Shown: one piece after another, positions 19,808-31,600 of the stretch | Numbering within the stretch: the first letter of the stretch is position 1 | Layout of the letters: every line of letters starts with the position of its first letter | DNA from: a virus | DNA length: 64,000 bases | Strand: one strand, 5' to 3' | IMG/VR virus record: IMGVR_UViG_3300031758_000006 | The notes under the pieces: model-generated | The model's database searches: none | Told to the model about the DNA's origin: nothing | The model's input: only the letters and a program-made list of their open reading frames with translations | Made by a program: the position numbers and the translations under genes

Positions 19808-20824
19808 TTATTTATTTGTTTTATTTCTGTATTTAGTTTTTTCTTTCCTTGAAAGTTTTAAAAATGGTTTTAAAAATTTAACCCAAGCGTCATCACCTTT
19901 CGGTAGGTATTTGAAGAACCCGTCTTCCATCATCATTTTAATTAGATTTCTGTGTCCTCTACCGTTGGGATCTAATGATTCCTTACAATAAGATTCTACC
20001 AGTTCTTTACCTTCATCACTTATTAGTGGTTCAGATAAATCCACTAATTTTTTATTTACCACAAAGAACTCATCACCATATATCCCCTCCCTTGTTTTTC
20101 CACTTAGTAAGTTCTGTAAAACAACACTATCTTTTTGTTCTTTTATCAGTTCTTCACCTTTGTTTAAAATATCGGTAAAAGAAATTTCATTTTCAAGTAT
20201 CTCAGGAAATAATTTTACAAAAGTTTTTTCACCCAGGTAAAATATCCCATCAATATTGTCTGAAGTATCACCAGCTAAGATTTTATAAGTTTTAATATTG
20301 TAGTGTGGTATTTCAATATCATACATTTTTATCTTATCACCCAGTTTATAAAACTGTTTTGTATTTGGTGAATAGATCCTAACTTTTTCGGAGATTAACT
20401 GGGTTAGATCCCTGTCACCGGAAAATATTGTTTTATCCTCATCAAGTGATATTTGACAATAATAAGCGATTAGATCGTCAGCTTCACAATGACCAACTTC
20501 AATTTGTCTAACAAACATCTCCTCAAGATATTGTTTTACTCTTTGTTTTTGTTGGCCAAAGGAAACTTCCTTAAAATCAACCTCATCTGGTATCTTTCGA
20601 TTTAACTTATACTTTGGGTAAAGTATCCTTCTCTGTGATGTACTGGTTTCACTGTCCCAAAAAACGACTACCTTGGTGTAGTTTTCTTCCTCTAGAAATT
20701 TTCTTAACGTGTTTAGAAAGTGCCATATACCACCAACATGTTGTCCTTTATTGAAAAAGTCTTTTACTCCGTGAAATCCTATCTTTAATAGGTTATTACC
20801 ATCTACTAATAAAGTTTTTGACAT
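19808..20824 (-). CDS. 5'-3' exonuclease / flap endonuclease (T4 RNase H, Pol I N-terminal-like)
   Basis: TLLVDGNNL, YPKYKLNR, EADDLIAY, FSGDRDLTQL and LAGDTSDNIDG FEN-family motifs. Confidence 0.9.
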   Translation of the reverse strand: MSKTLLVDGNNLLKIGFHGVKDFFNKGQHVGGIWHFLNTLRKFLEEENYTKVVVFWDSETSTSQRRILYPKYKLNRKIPDEVDFKEVSFGQQKQRVKQYLEEMFVRQIEVGHCEADDLIAYYCQISLDEDKTIFSGDRDLTQLISEKVRIYSPNTKQFYKLGDKIKMYDIEIPHYNIKTYKILAGDTSDNIDGIFYLGEKTFVKLFPEILENEISFTDILNKGEELIKEQKDSVVLQNLLSGKTREGIYGDEFFVVNKKLVDLSEPLISDEGKELVESYCKESLDPNGRGHRNLIKMMMEDGFFKYLPKGDDAWVKFLKPFLKLSRKEKTKYRNKTNK

Positions 20825-20850
20825 TCATACATAATTACGTGGTTTGACAT

Positions 20851-21987
20851 CTATCTAATAATTTCATAATCCATATTCTGGATCTTTTCCAATGAATAAA
20901 CTTCCAGGTTTTCCTTAAGTCTCATTTCAGAATTAAGTTTTTCCCATCTTTTTTGAGCCTTTTTTCTCCAAACTTCAATTAAGTGTTCTAGTTTGTGTTT
21001 TTCAAAGTTTTCCTTTTTTTCCAATTTAATTTCTCCGTTGGATAAAATGTGTTCCTTAATGTTTGAATAACCAAAATTGGTATAATAATACCTCTTTTTT
21101 GTTTTTGTCTTCATACAACATTTAACAAACTCATTAAACTTTGTAAACTCTTCCGGATCTAACTCTTTTAGGTGAGCTTTAATTATTTGGATTATTTTAG
21201 AGTACTCCCTCATTTTTGGTGCTGATGGTACTGGATCAACTAACATCCCATTCCATTCTTCTTTACCATATATTGGTCTCAAATAATTCCTAAGTTCCAT
21301 GTAAATTTCATCACTTGGGAATAAAAATAGGTCGGACTCAGTCATACCATTGTATCTAATGTATGGTTCAAGTCCATCGTATTGTGATGAACTTTTTATG
21401 TTCCCATATAATGATGTGGTCTCAAGAAAACATAAATCCATTTTGTCACCATACTTTTCGTTGAACATATCCACAACTAAATGTGAACTACATATCAAAG
21501 CTAATAATTTACCACCTAAACAATTAAAACCAAACGGTTGTGTTGGTACAATTATAGCTCCGTTAACCATGTGTCTGTTTACGTGGGTAGCTCGTAACGT
21601 CTCACCAAAAAAATCATTTCTAGGTTTTATTGACAATACCGGTGAAGCTATTTTGATAAACCCTAAGTATTTACCGGACTTACCTTCTTTAACTCCCAGT
21701 GTAACTTGTCTTCCTATTTGTGATTCCAAGGGTAAACTAATGGTTATCTGTGCTAAATTATTTAATGTATTTTGATCAACAACATCAACAACTATGTCCA
21801 TGTCCTTTGGTTCTAATGTGTGATCATTAAATAATTGTTTACTCCAATGTTCAACATCGATATTTACAATTTTTTCTTTTTTTCTTTCAAGAAAGTAATC
21901 TTGAATTGTTGGTACTTTGCTGTAAAAACTATTTAGGGTTTCTACCATACCCATAACTTCCTCGTGGGTTAATTTGATTTCCATCAT
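20851..21987 (-). CDS. DUF4338 (Druantia DruA-like) domain protein
   Basis: IGRQVTLGV...YLGFIKIASP, FGFNCLGGKLLAL and ETTSLYG...SSQYDGL resemble DUF4338 motifs; ATGA overlap with recA. Confidence 0.6.
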   Translation of the reverse strand: MMEIKLTHEEVMGMVETLNSFYSKVPTIQDYFLERKKEKIVNIDVEHWSKQLFNDHTLEPKDMDIVVDVVDQNTLNNLAQITISLPLESQIGRQVTLGVKEGKSGKYLGFIKIASPVLSIKPRNDFFGETLRATHVNRHMVNGAIIVPTQPFGFNCLGGKLLALICSSHLVVDMFNEKYGDKMDLCFLETTSLYGNIKSSSQYDGLEPYIRYNGMTESDLFLFPSDEIYMELRNYLRPIYGKEEWNGMLVDPVPSAPKMREYSKIIQIIKAHLKELDPEEFTKFNEFVKCCMKTKTKKRYYYTNFGYSNIKEHILSNGEIKLEKKENFEKHKLEHLIEVWRKKAQKRWEKLNSEMRLKENLEVYSLEKIQNMDYEIIR

Positions 21988-22991
21988 TCAGTTTCTTCTT
22001 TTTCAGTTTTCAAATCAAAATCTCCCTCAACACCAATAACTTCTTTCCAATAGTCAGCGTATTCTTTCTTATATTGTTCAATCGATGTCTTCTCTTCTGT
22101 AGTATCTTTTCCTGGTAAGAATCCATGTGGGGTAACTATTATCTTACCATCCTCATATCCAAGACCATTTATGTGATTTTTCATTACAGACACTTTAGTT
22201 CTTGAAGCAAACTTAACAGTTCTTTTGTCTTTGGTTGCCGTGATTTTAGTTGTTCCAGCTCCTTTTTGATTCCCATATAAGAACACCAATGAGGAATTTA
22301 ACCAAATCGCTTCACCACCTTTAGCTTTAATTTTTGGTTGTCCGAATGGATTATCCGGTAATTCAACCCAAGGTTGGTTAACAATAATTAATGTGTTCTC
22401 ATATTTTGAGTCGGACTTACGACTTCCTGAAATACGTTGATTGATGCCCATACCAATTTTATCAGCTAAAACCGAAGCGTTATGTTGTTTACCACCTTTA
22501 CCTTCATATGTCATTTTACAAGGAACTGAGCCAACAGAATCCCACATGATACATAGTGAATAATCTAATTCACCCTTTTCTTGTGAATCTAATAAGTCGT
22601 TAATGTAATCCGTAATTTGTTCGATATAATCAAAGTTGTTGTTAAAAATGTAAAATCCATCCCACTCCAACTCACCGGTATCAGTGTCAACAACTTCTTC
22701 ACATTCAAACCCCATAAGTTTAGCGTGATCAAAACTCCATTTTTGTTCAGTAATAATGAACACTGGTAAAATTCCCTTTTTTTGAGCGTCGACGGCTGTT
22801 TTAACTAAGGCGGTTGTCTTACCTGTGTCACTATGACCCAGGAACATATTAATGTGTCCCATCGCTGGACCAGGTAACCCAACCGCGTCTAAAAAGGCTT
22901 CTCCAAGATCGAAGAATCTTTGTGGTTTGTATTTAGCTGATGTTGAGAATTTCTTCTTAATACCACTAAAATCGTTTTTCTTTATTGCCAT
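21984..22991 (-). CDS. recA: RecA/UvsX-like recombinase
   Basis: Walker A GHSDTGKT, Walker B IMWDSVGS, IIVNQPW and KAKGGEAI. Confidence 0.88.
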   Translation of the reverse strand: MAIKKNDFSGIKKKFSTSAKYKPQRFFDLGEAFLDAVGLPGPAMGHINMFLGHSDTGKTTALVKTAVDAQKKGILPVFIITEQKWSFDHAKLMGFECEEVVDTDTGELEWDGFYIFNNNFDYIEQITDYINDLLDSQEKGELDYSLCIMWDSVGSVPCKMTYEGKGGKQHNASVLADKIGMGINQRISGSRKSDSKYENTLIIVNQPWVELPDNPFGQPKIKAKGGEAIWLNSSLVFLYGNQKGAGTTKITATKDKRTVKFASRTKVSVMKNHINGLGYEDGKIIVTPHGFLPGKDTTEEKTSIEQYKKEYADYWKEVIGVEGDFDLKTEKEETE

Positions 22992-23002
22992 ATATTTGTT
23001 TT

Positions 23003-23653
23003 TTAAATTAAAAAGTTAGATGTCGTTGTATTTTTTCCGTGTATATTCCAAATTATATTTTCGGTGTTGTCTATTTCACATATTTTACATTTATTTTCAC
23101 ACCAAACATCCCTCCACATATTGTCCTCAAAAGCATAAATTTTTGATAAATCTTTTATTAAATTAAGACTCTTAAGGTTAAAAGCGAATGTCGCTGGGAT
23201 TTTAAAATCACAATTTTCAGGGTTGGCTCCTAAATTATGAGCGTTTACTAATCTCATAACATTACCATTTAACTGATACCTTATTGTTGATGATAAAACA
23301 TCCACATCATTTTCTTTAAAGAAATTAACTATATTCATTATGTAGTCTTTTTTATATATGTCATCATCATCTATTTTCACAAAAATGTCATATTCTTCAT
23401 AATTTTCTACAGCTAAGATTGTATTGATATGGTTTGTATGTTGGTGTTGGTTTAGAGTATATGTGAAACTATTTTTATCGGTCTTAACGTCGTCAAATAT
23501 TTTTTGGATGTAGTTTTTTTGATGTGTTGATCTTTCCATCGTAATATTCACCGAGTGAAATATATCCTGGTACGTTTGACTATTTATGTCTTGTACACAT
23601 CCTCTTAACATTTTATACCTATTTAAACTTGGGGTAAAACACAATACTCTCAT
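23003..23653 (-). CDS. GT-A fold glycosyltransferase (GT2-like)
   Basis: N-terminal VLCFTPSLNRYKML...QTY and KIDDDDIY (DxD) motif. Confidence 0.7.
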   Translation of the reverse strand: MRVLCFTPSLNRYKMLRGCVQDINSQTYQDIFHSVNITMERSTHQKNYIQKIFDDVKTDKNSFTYTLNQHQHTNHINTILAVENYEEYDIFVKIDDDDIYKKDYIMNIVNFFKENDVDVLSSTIRYQLNGNVMRLVNAHNLGANPENCDFKIPATFAFNLKSLNLIKDLSKIYAFEDNMWRDVWCENKCKICEIDNTENIIWNIHGKNTTTSNFLI

Positions 23654-23712
23654 TTTTTTCCATTATAAAACTTGGACACCCATTTTAATCGAATGTCCAA
23701 GTTTGTTAAAAA

Positions 23713-24573
23713 TTAAAACGGTAACTCCTCGTCAGTGTCGTCATTCGTTTGTGGATCCTCAACTTCATTAATCGATTTTGATCCACCACCAATTGTTGTA
23801 GTTTCCTCAATGTCGTTGGAATATACATATTTACCAGCGTCGGAATCCCATCTTGGTGTCTCACCTCTTGAGATAGCTTCAAGATACTCAACTGGTTTTT
23901 TAGAGTATACGTCCTCCCAAGTTAATTCATTATTAACCCATCCTTCAGTTTCATCAGAATCTGAACTGATAGAACTTGGGTCGTCATACATAATTGTTTG
24001 GATTACTGTATAAACCCCTCCCTTTGGAGTTTTAGCTTTGGTCAACTCAAGGATTAAATCTCTACCATTTTCTGGATTTGTGATATCACCCTTAGCTTTC
24101 CAAATTGGAATGATTTTATCTAGGATTCCTTCTTGTTTGTAGTTGTGTTTGAATCTCCAGAATTTAACTCCGTCTTGTTCGTTATCACGGTCGATAACTT
24201 TAACAATATAAAACTTACGTGCTTTATACTGTTTTGCCAATTCTTTATCGGAATCTCTACCGGTTGACATTAAAGTTTCATAAACCTCATTCAAAGGTGA
24301 ACGTTCGTTGTCATTCTTTCCTGGATCGTAAAATTTCTGATATTTACCATCCACTTGGATTTCGTGAAACCATACTTCTTTGAAGGGTGAAGATCCGTCA
24401 CTTGTTGGTAGAATTCTAATTCTTCTTTGACCTTGTTTTTCGGTATCTTTTAAGATAGCTGCGAAATACTTTTTCATTCTCTCTTCCTGAGACATTTTTG
24501 AAGTGGAGGAAGAACCACTTTGTTTTGATTGTTCGTACTGTGCTAGTACTGCGTCTAAGACATTTGTCGCCAT
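23713..24573 (-). CDS. Single-stranded DNA-binding protein (T4 gp32-like); likely start at 24573 (MATNVLDAV)
   Basis: RRIRILP...PFKEVWFH, YKARKFYIVKVIDRD, GRDLIL and an acidic tail ending DEELPF; the upstream in-frame extension overlaps a promoter and terminator. Confidence 0.8.
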   Translation of the reverse strand: MATNVLDAVLAQYEQSKQSGSSSTSKMSQEERMKKYFAAILKDTEKQGQRRIRILPTSDGSSPFKEVWFHEIQVDGKYQKFYDPGKNDNERSPLNEVYETLMSTGRDSDKELAKQYKARKFYIVKVIDRDNEQDGVKFWRFKHNYKQEGILDKIIPIWKAKGDITNPENGRDLILELTKAKTPKGGVYTVIQTIMYDDPSSISSDSDETEGWVNNELTWEDVYSKKPVEYLEAISRGETPRWDSDAGKYVYSNDIEETTTIGGGSKSINEVEDPQTNDDTDEELPF

Positions 24574-24603
24574 AAAATATATAATTAAAAGTTTACAATA
24601 GAA

Positions 24604-24632
24604 AGTATAAGTTAAATAAATTGGGTTGTCAA
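24604..24632 (-). promoter_or_regulatory. Early/middle promoter of the replication operon
   Basis: Minus strand TTGACA-N17-TATACT (also TTG-N20-TATACTTT), 30 nt upstream of the SSB start. Confidence 0.8.
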
Positions 24633-24642
24633 GTAGCTGAGT

Positions 24643-24670
24643 AAAAAAAAATGGGACTTTTGATCCCATT
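24643..24670 (-). terminator. Intrinsic terminator after the 231-aa gene
   Basis: Minus strand AATGGGA-TCAAAAG-TCCCATT followed by a T-tract. Confidence 0.8.
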
Positions 24671-24678
24671 CTATTAAA

Positions 24679-25374
24679 TTATTTAAATTTGTTAAATTCA
24701 TCTTCGGGACTAGGATCAAAACTATCCCCAATTTCTTTACTAGAAAAATCCTCAACATCATCAGTTGTTAGTACGTATTCATTTTTACCTGACTTTTCCA
24801 TTTCGTCTTGTTTGTCAACAAAGAAATCAGATAGTTTCTGTTGGAATGGTCCGGAATCCAATGACCTTAATTCTAATTTTTCTTGGGGTGTTTTTGGTCT
24901 ATATTTTTCTAATTTAGTTTCTAAATCATTTATTTTGTTAACTAAGTTGTCCATCTCACCTAATTTTGACTCTAGGGAACTCAATTGGTTAAATAGGTTA
25001 TCAAAATATTCTTCTTGTTTGTCGGACATCGTTTTTTGTGTGTCCACTAAGTCTGTAATATCTAGTTCTTCAGTATCACCCTCCTCACCTTCATCTTCAC
25101 TTTTACCTAACTCTTCAACATCAGGATCTTTTGAGACATCCACAGCTTCTGGTCCAGATGGTGCTGGTGGTGCCGCTGGTGGTGGTACTCCTCCAGGTGT
25201 TACTGGGGGTGCTCCAGCTGCTGGGTCAGCTCCTCCAGGTTCAGCTGGTGGTGGTAAATCAACTGGTTCGTCAACAGGAGCTGCTGCCGAGTCTAATTCA
25301 GCTTGTTCGACAATATATTTATTAATAGTATTGTACCTTTCGATTTCCTTGATTATTTTTTCGTCTATTCTCAT
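24679..25374 (-). CDS. Hypothetical protein with a Pro/Ala-rich, acidic low-complexity linker (231 aa)
   Basis: PPPAEPGGADPAAGAPPVTPGG and EDEGEEGDTEE segments, then a predicted coiled coil. Confidence 0.7.
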   Translation of the reverse strand: MRIDEKIIKEIERYNTINKYIVEQAELDSAAAPVDEPVDLPPPAEPGGADPAAGAPPVTPGGVPPPAAPPAPSGPEAVDVSKDPDVEELGKSEDEGEEGDTEELDITDLVDTQKTMSDKQEEYFDNLFNQLSSLESKLGEMDNLVNKINDLETKLEKYRPKTPQEKLELRSLDSGPFQQKLSDFFVDKQDEMEKSGKNEYVLTTDDVEDFSSKEIGDSFDPSPEDEFNKFK

Positions 25375-25375
25375 T

Positions 25376-25603
25376 TTATCCGTTTAATAATTGTTTAATT
25401 CCTGTAGTAGTCTCAACTTGAATTTTTTTAAATTTATTCATAGTATTGTCAACTCTCTCAATTAGTCCGTCTTTCATTCTTAAGGTGTAACAATCACCGG
25501 TATCTAAATCACAAACTTCTTTATACCCATTACCAGAATCCTTTTCACTGATTCTAGTATTTTTTCCAAGGTAGTTATCTAAAATTAATTTTGTATTACT
25601 CAT
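25376..25603 (-). CDS. Hypothetical protein (75 aa)
   Basis: VCDLDTGDCY motif; TATTTAT motif upstream; coupled to the next gene. Confidence 0.7.
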   Translation of the reverse strand: MSNTKLILDNYLGKNTRISEKDSGNGYKEVCDLDTGDCYTLRMKDGLIERVDNTMNKFKKIQVETTTGIKQLLNG

Positions 25604-25647
25604 AATATTGTTTTTTATATATATAAATATATCAATTGCTGATAAAA

Positions 25648-28600
25648 TTACTTTTTATATAGTTCTTGGAATTTCAATAATCCTTCTTGGATTCTAGCTT
25701 GTATTTTAACCTTATCGTCCTCAGTTAATAGGGTTAAGACATCGTCATTTTGTTTTATTGGCCATTCTAATACGTAATACTTGAGTAGTGTATCAATAGC
25801 TGGTGTTGCTGACGAATTTATTTCTTTGGTTAATGAAACTATTTTTCCACTAAATTTAGCCACAAAAAAGTCTAAGAATTTATCCAAGGTTTCAAATTGA
25901 GCCACGGGTATGTTTGTTGTTTGTGAATTACCTCGAGTAACACAAAAATATTTAGTTGTCATGTATGATGTTAAATCACCACCATAAAACTCAGTTAGAT
26001 TTATTGTTGAAAAATTATTTTCATAAGCTTCGAAACCGGTAGACACTCCAGTATCAGCGTACATAGCACTGAACATGAAAGAGGCTCCGTTTTCTAGGTA
26101 AAATAAATTGTTTGTTGTATCATCTTTAAATTTTAAATCTTCCAATTTATTTATAATTTTATCAAACACATCTTTAAACGTTACCTTGGTTAATGTTGGA
26201 CTTGTTAAATTAACATATAAACCGTATTGTGGTAACAACTTATCTGAGCAGTCTTGGTTAGTTGTTAATGTCTCCTTGGTTCCTATATTACCCAATATGG
26301 TATCTTTTTGGAATAACACGTTGTTAGGGTCCAATTTTGATCTATTATAACTTTCTTTAATCTCCTCCCTAATTTTTGATACGATGTTTTTTGTTAATGA
26401 CTGAATGAAATTGTCTATCTTTGGTATACTGTAGAAAGGTTGACGTATACCCTCAAACGAAGTGTCAAATCCATTTTCACTAATCCTATGTAAAACTTTT
26501 GTTATCATATAAGGACCACTAAACATTGGTACGTATCTTAAATTAAAATACATCATCGGTTGGATTAGTGCGTTCCCCATCATTTCAACTGAACAACTAT
26601 AACTTCTGTTTTTGTAAATGTTATACAATGAATTACTTTGAGTTGTCGATGTTCTGTTTCTATTTTGGTTTGCCATATTATCAATAGCTGCGATTGATTC
26701 ACTTGTTGGTTTACCTGGATCCTGTGATACACTAAATTCTTTAAATATTTGTTGGTTTTGTGGACCAACGTCTACGTTAAATCCAACTACTTTATTTGAT
26801 GTGGCCCAATTAGTTTTATTTATTTGGTTTTCAACTAATGGATTATCACTAGCTCTACGTAAATCAAAAGCGTCATTTCTAAACCTGTAATCAATATTCT
26901 CTTTCATGTCCAAATGTTCACTTGGTTTTGAAGCGTACATACATAAAAACTTTGGTGATGATTTTCTATAATCAACATTTAAGAATGTACCAAATAATGA
27001 ATTAGCAAATTCCAAACTACCCTCCGATCTAGGTATTGGGTTTTTAACAACGTCCTGTACATTATAAAAATTAACATAAGCCGGTAACATGAAATGTATA
27101 AAATTATTCTCCGTTAGTATGGTTGTTACCACATCCAATAGATTTATTTTTACATTGTCATTGTCAATTAGTGTTTTAATCTTAAAGATGTCTACGAGTA
27201 TTTTATCACCAATATCTCTACTAGCTCTATCAACCAACATAACATCCTCAAACAAAGTTTTTGTTTTAAAATCACCCCCAGCTATCCAAGTATCATTTAA
27301 TGTTTTAAATAATTCCCATAATTCAAATCTAGTTTGTTCACCTTGATATTCCTTAAATTTACTTTGGTCTTCAATTGATATCGTCACCACACCTGGTAAA
27401 TCTTTTCTAACTGAGGTCATAAGTACTTCAAGTGAATCATTTAAATATTTCTCAGATGAATCTAAATATTTATTCATTAAATCATAAAATTTAATATAAT
27501 CTAATGTCGGGTCTTTTAATTTTTGTGTTGCGTATATTTTAATAATCGGTGCGAAATCAATAATATTTTTTGAATTAAATTGTACATTTAAATCAACAAA
27601 AAAATCTGTGATGTATGATCCGGAATCTTTATATTGTAATTCAGGTATTTCTGAGAAACCAACATATAATTCCAAATCTTTCCATGTTTCTGGATATATT
27701 GATTTGGATTGAGCTAAAGTTATTGTTCCACCACTTGTTGGTAAAAATCCAGGTGTTGTTTGGTTGTACCCCAAATAACTAATCGGGTCCACAAAAAACT
27801 TATTTGAGAATGTATAGAATACCCGTCTATTGAACATTGTTGGGTTTCCGATTTTTAAAACCGTGTCATACTCAATAAATTGTTTAAAGTAGGATTCAAA
27901 GGTTAGCTTTTGGTTTGATACTGTTTCAGAAATTATTAAATCCCCAGTAGTACCGGTTGGTTTTTTTACCACAAACATTTTTCTCATTAACTGTTGGAAA
28001 TTTTTATTTGTGATTTCAGTTTCAGTTTCGGTTGTTTGGGTTGGACTTATTGTTTGTTTATAATCATATACACTTCTACTGAAATTTAAAAATTCTGATT
28101 CAAATAAATCTAATATACCTTTTTCAAAGGTTGTAAAAATTTCACTAATTTTTGTATAGTTGTTAACGTCACCGTCAATTAAAAAATTTTGTTGTATTGA
28201 CTGACCGGATAATATATGTTTAAAGTAACTATCTGGTGATGATTTAACAACCCTACTATTATCAAAAAACCCAAAATTAGGTGCTCCCCAGAATAACCTA
28301 ACCGATCCGTTGTAAAGTGAAGTATTGTCGACAACCTCAAATTTCATTTTACCAACTTTAAATAGTTCACCTTTAATTTGACTAACAGTAGTTCCAAACG
28401 ATGGTAACACATAGTATTCTGTTTCACTTTTTTTAGCTAAAACACTCCAAGGTGTTAATTTTAATGTTCGTAATGGATCATTCGGGTCAAATCCAATTTC
28501 CTCTAGAATTTTTGTATCTTGTGTATTTGTTAATATTATACCACCAGTATCAATTAAACCCTGTAAGTTTGTGTCTTGATATGGGTCAACACTTAAATTT

Positions 28601-31600
28601 GTAACATAAAAGGATTTTTGTTCGATGTCTGGTAAAGTTGTGTTAATTGTATATTCACCAATCCCATTTGCTGGTCCAGAAATTTGATTTACGATTGTAA
28701 ACCCAGTAGTAACCCCAGAAAGAACAATTGTTGATCCTGTAAGTAATTCGTTTACATTTATCTCACTAACTGTAAATGTTGTACCACTCACTTTACCCTT
28801 ACCAATTACTTGGGTTGTTCCAGAAAATAATCTGGTTCCTTGAAAAAATGTGTTAAAGTCGTCAATTAATTGTGGGTAAAATCCCGTATTTATTATCGTG
28901 TTAGTTTTTGTTAAATTCAATATTTCATCTTGTAGAACAATTTTTGTTGGTGTGTTTTCAATATTAACGGTAAAGGTTTTTGATGTAGCTGATGGTGTGT
29001 ATGGGTTATAACTAAACTTATAATCAAAATCTTTCCACACCTCATCTAGTATATCAACCCCAGTTTCATTCCATGTTTTATATCTGTGCCAAATTGATCC
29101 GTACTTTAATACCCAAGCGTATGGTAATTTATGTACCGCTCCAAACTTTTTAAATGTGGATATTAAATAATCTAAATCAGTTGTACTATTGTTTGTATCA
29201 TCAAAGTTTTTATATTTCTCCCTAAGAGTTGATAATGGTAAACTATTTAAAAATAAAAACGCTGCCGATTTAAATGGGTATAAATTAAGTGTTTCATACC
29301 TGAAATTGTATACACCTTTCTGTATAGAGTTTATAAAATATGGGGTGTTAAAAATTGACGTGGTTTGATTACTACTTACAGTACCACTGTAATTGACATA
29401 ATTTAAATTACCTTCCGTGATAAACTGGTTCTCATATTTCCTAGTTTCATAAAATGATTTTAAATTAGATAAATTAATTTCCTGACTAAATACATTATTT
29501 TTATAATTAAAATTGGTTATTGGTCTACAAGTATTAAAATTATAATCATTTAAAAAATTCGTAATAGTTTTTAACGTTGGGTTATATTTTAGAGTATTCT
29601 TCGTATTATAAGCGTTTTCACTTAATAGTACTGTCTTGCCATTAGCGAGATAGTTGTTGTCCCAAAATAAATTTGTTATTGGGTACATATCCGAAAAATC
29701 AAAACTGTTTGATGTGGTTTGATTTTGTACATACTCAGTAATATTAGTTTCCGTTTTATCGATTAGACTGACATCCGGTTGTGATTTTTGATTCCCAATT
29801 ATATCTGAATTAAACAACCCGTAAGGTGAGTCCACAAAATTTTGAATGTATGGTGTGACAAATTCACCTCTGATATATTTTTGCCAACTCTCACCTTCCC
29901 CACTATTTGATATGTGTCTTAAAAATGGTAAAAAATTTGTTTGGTTTAATTGGTATTCTCTTAATGTTTTTATTAGGAATGGATTATCATCACCCAAACT
30001 ATTAACAATATTAACTTTCTCACATTCAGATTCAACAGTGTAAACACCAGAGTCATATCCAGAAATTCTACTTAGTTTACTGTAAAAACTATTTAGAAAT
30101 ATTCTTTCATATATTTCAAAGAAAAATTTAACTTCTTCTTTATTCTGGAAAACTTGGTTTGACACCGGAAATTCAATACCATTTAAACTAGATCTATTTG
30201 GTCTACCATCTGAGTTAGATAGTGGACCTGGATCCGGAATTTCTTCCTCCCTAGTTGTAAATCCTTTAATCCATTCTTCAACAAACTCAACCTCCGGCCA
30301 AATTTCAGGTGAGAAAGCTCTAGCTGTTGTTGACACTGATGGGTCACCTGGATATATTAGTTCAAATTTTTCTTCTCTGTCTTCACCGATGGTTTCTTTA
30401 ATTACTTGTGGCCAAGGGTATATTGGTGTATCGTTTTGGGATGTATCTTTAAAGTCAACACTTTTAACAGTTGTGTTACTAAATATTAATTCTTTTCTAT
30501 ACTTGTTATTGTTTAACCCCCAAGCTTTTATATGTACATCGTCAAGTAATCTAATGAAAGCTTCACCCTGAGCGTAGAACACAGCTAAAATATTTCTAAT
30601 GGATGGTTTAAATCCTAGTTTGTTATTTTTATCATTTAATTTACTGGTAATAGCTTTGGTCATATCCTCCTCAATTAGATTCCTAATTTCCAAAACTGTT
30701 TTTTCTATGGTTATTATTTTATCCCTAAACGAATTTTTACCTTCAAAATAATAAAACGTTGATTGTGTTGTCCCAGCTGAAAAAAATTCATTCTTACTAT
30801 CTGTAACAAATTTATCATAAACGGGACCTGAAGAATTTTTTACTGTTGGGTTTCTTTGTAGGTAACTCTGTTCAAAATTAATATCATCAACAGTTATTGG
30901 GTACTTAAATGTTTGTAGTGATATGTCAACGGGAACTGTTTTTTGTACTTCATTGACATTTATTGTTACCCTACCGTTTTTACCAAGTACCGGATTGTCG
31001 GACAATTTTTTATTATACTCAGTTATGTATCCTTCTAATATGGTTATAGCTTCAGTTCTTAATGTTTCAGTGTTTAATTCTTTTTTAAATTGATATACCT
31101 TAACATCTGTGTTTTTAATAACTAGATAATTTGTGGTATCCATAAATTTATTAAACCACGATTCTGTTTGTGACTGAAACACTTTTTGATTGTACTCGTA
31201 GATAATTCTTGAATAGTTATCTATTTCGGTTAGTACAGCGAAATTTTGTTTTGAGAAACTGTTTAAAACATCGGTTATGAATAAATCTAATCTGGATTTT
31301 AATTGTTTTAGTGTTATCTCTGGGAAATCGTCACCAATTAAACCTTTTGATTTATATTCCGAATAAACTTCTTTTATTTTTTGGTACCCACGACTAACCG
31401 TTTTTTTACTGATACTTGATACGTTTGTTTGATTATCTGTCGTTGTGAATTTAACTGTACTAACATTACTGTTGTACATATGTGGTACCGACATTAATGA
31501 AGCCCAATTTATATACGAAAGTAATGTGTATTTATAACCATAAAATTTTAATTTAATTACAAAGTTTCCACTGGACGGTTGGAATGTCGATGTGAAGGAC

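Noticed and set aside
20820-21990. Target-site duplication (TGAATG / ATGTCAAA) flanking the DUF4338-like gene
   Set aside because: The matches are 6-8 bp in AT-rich start/stop contexts, and excision would not cleanly restore the recA stop; likely chance.
24689-25387. Plus-strand 232-aa Ser/Gly-rich ORF
   Set aside because: Antisense shadow of the 231-aa gene, which has operon context and a terminator.
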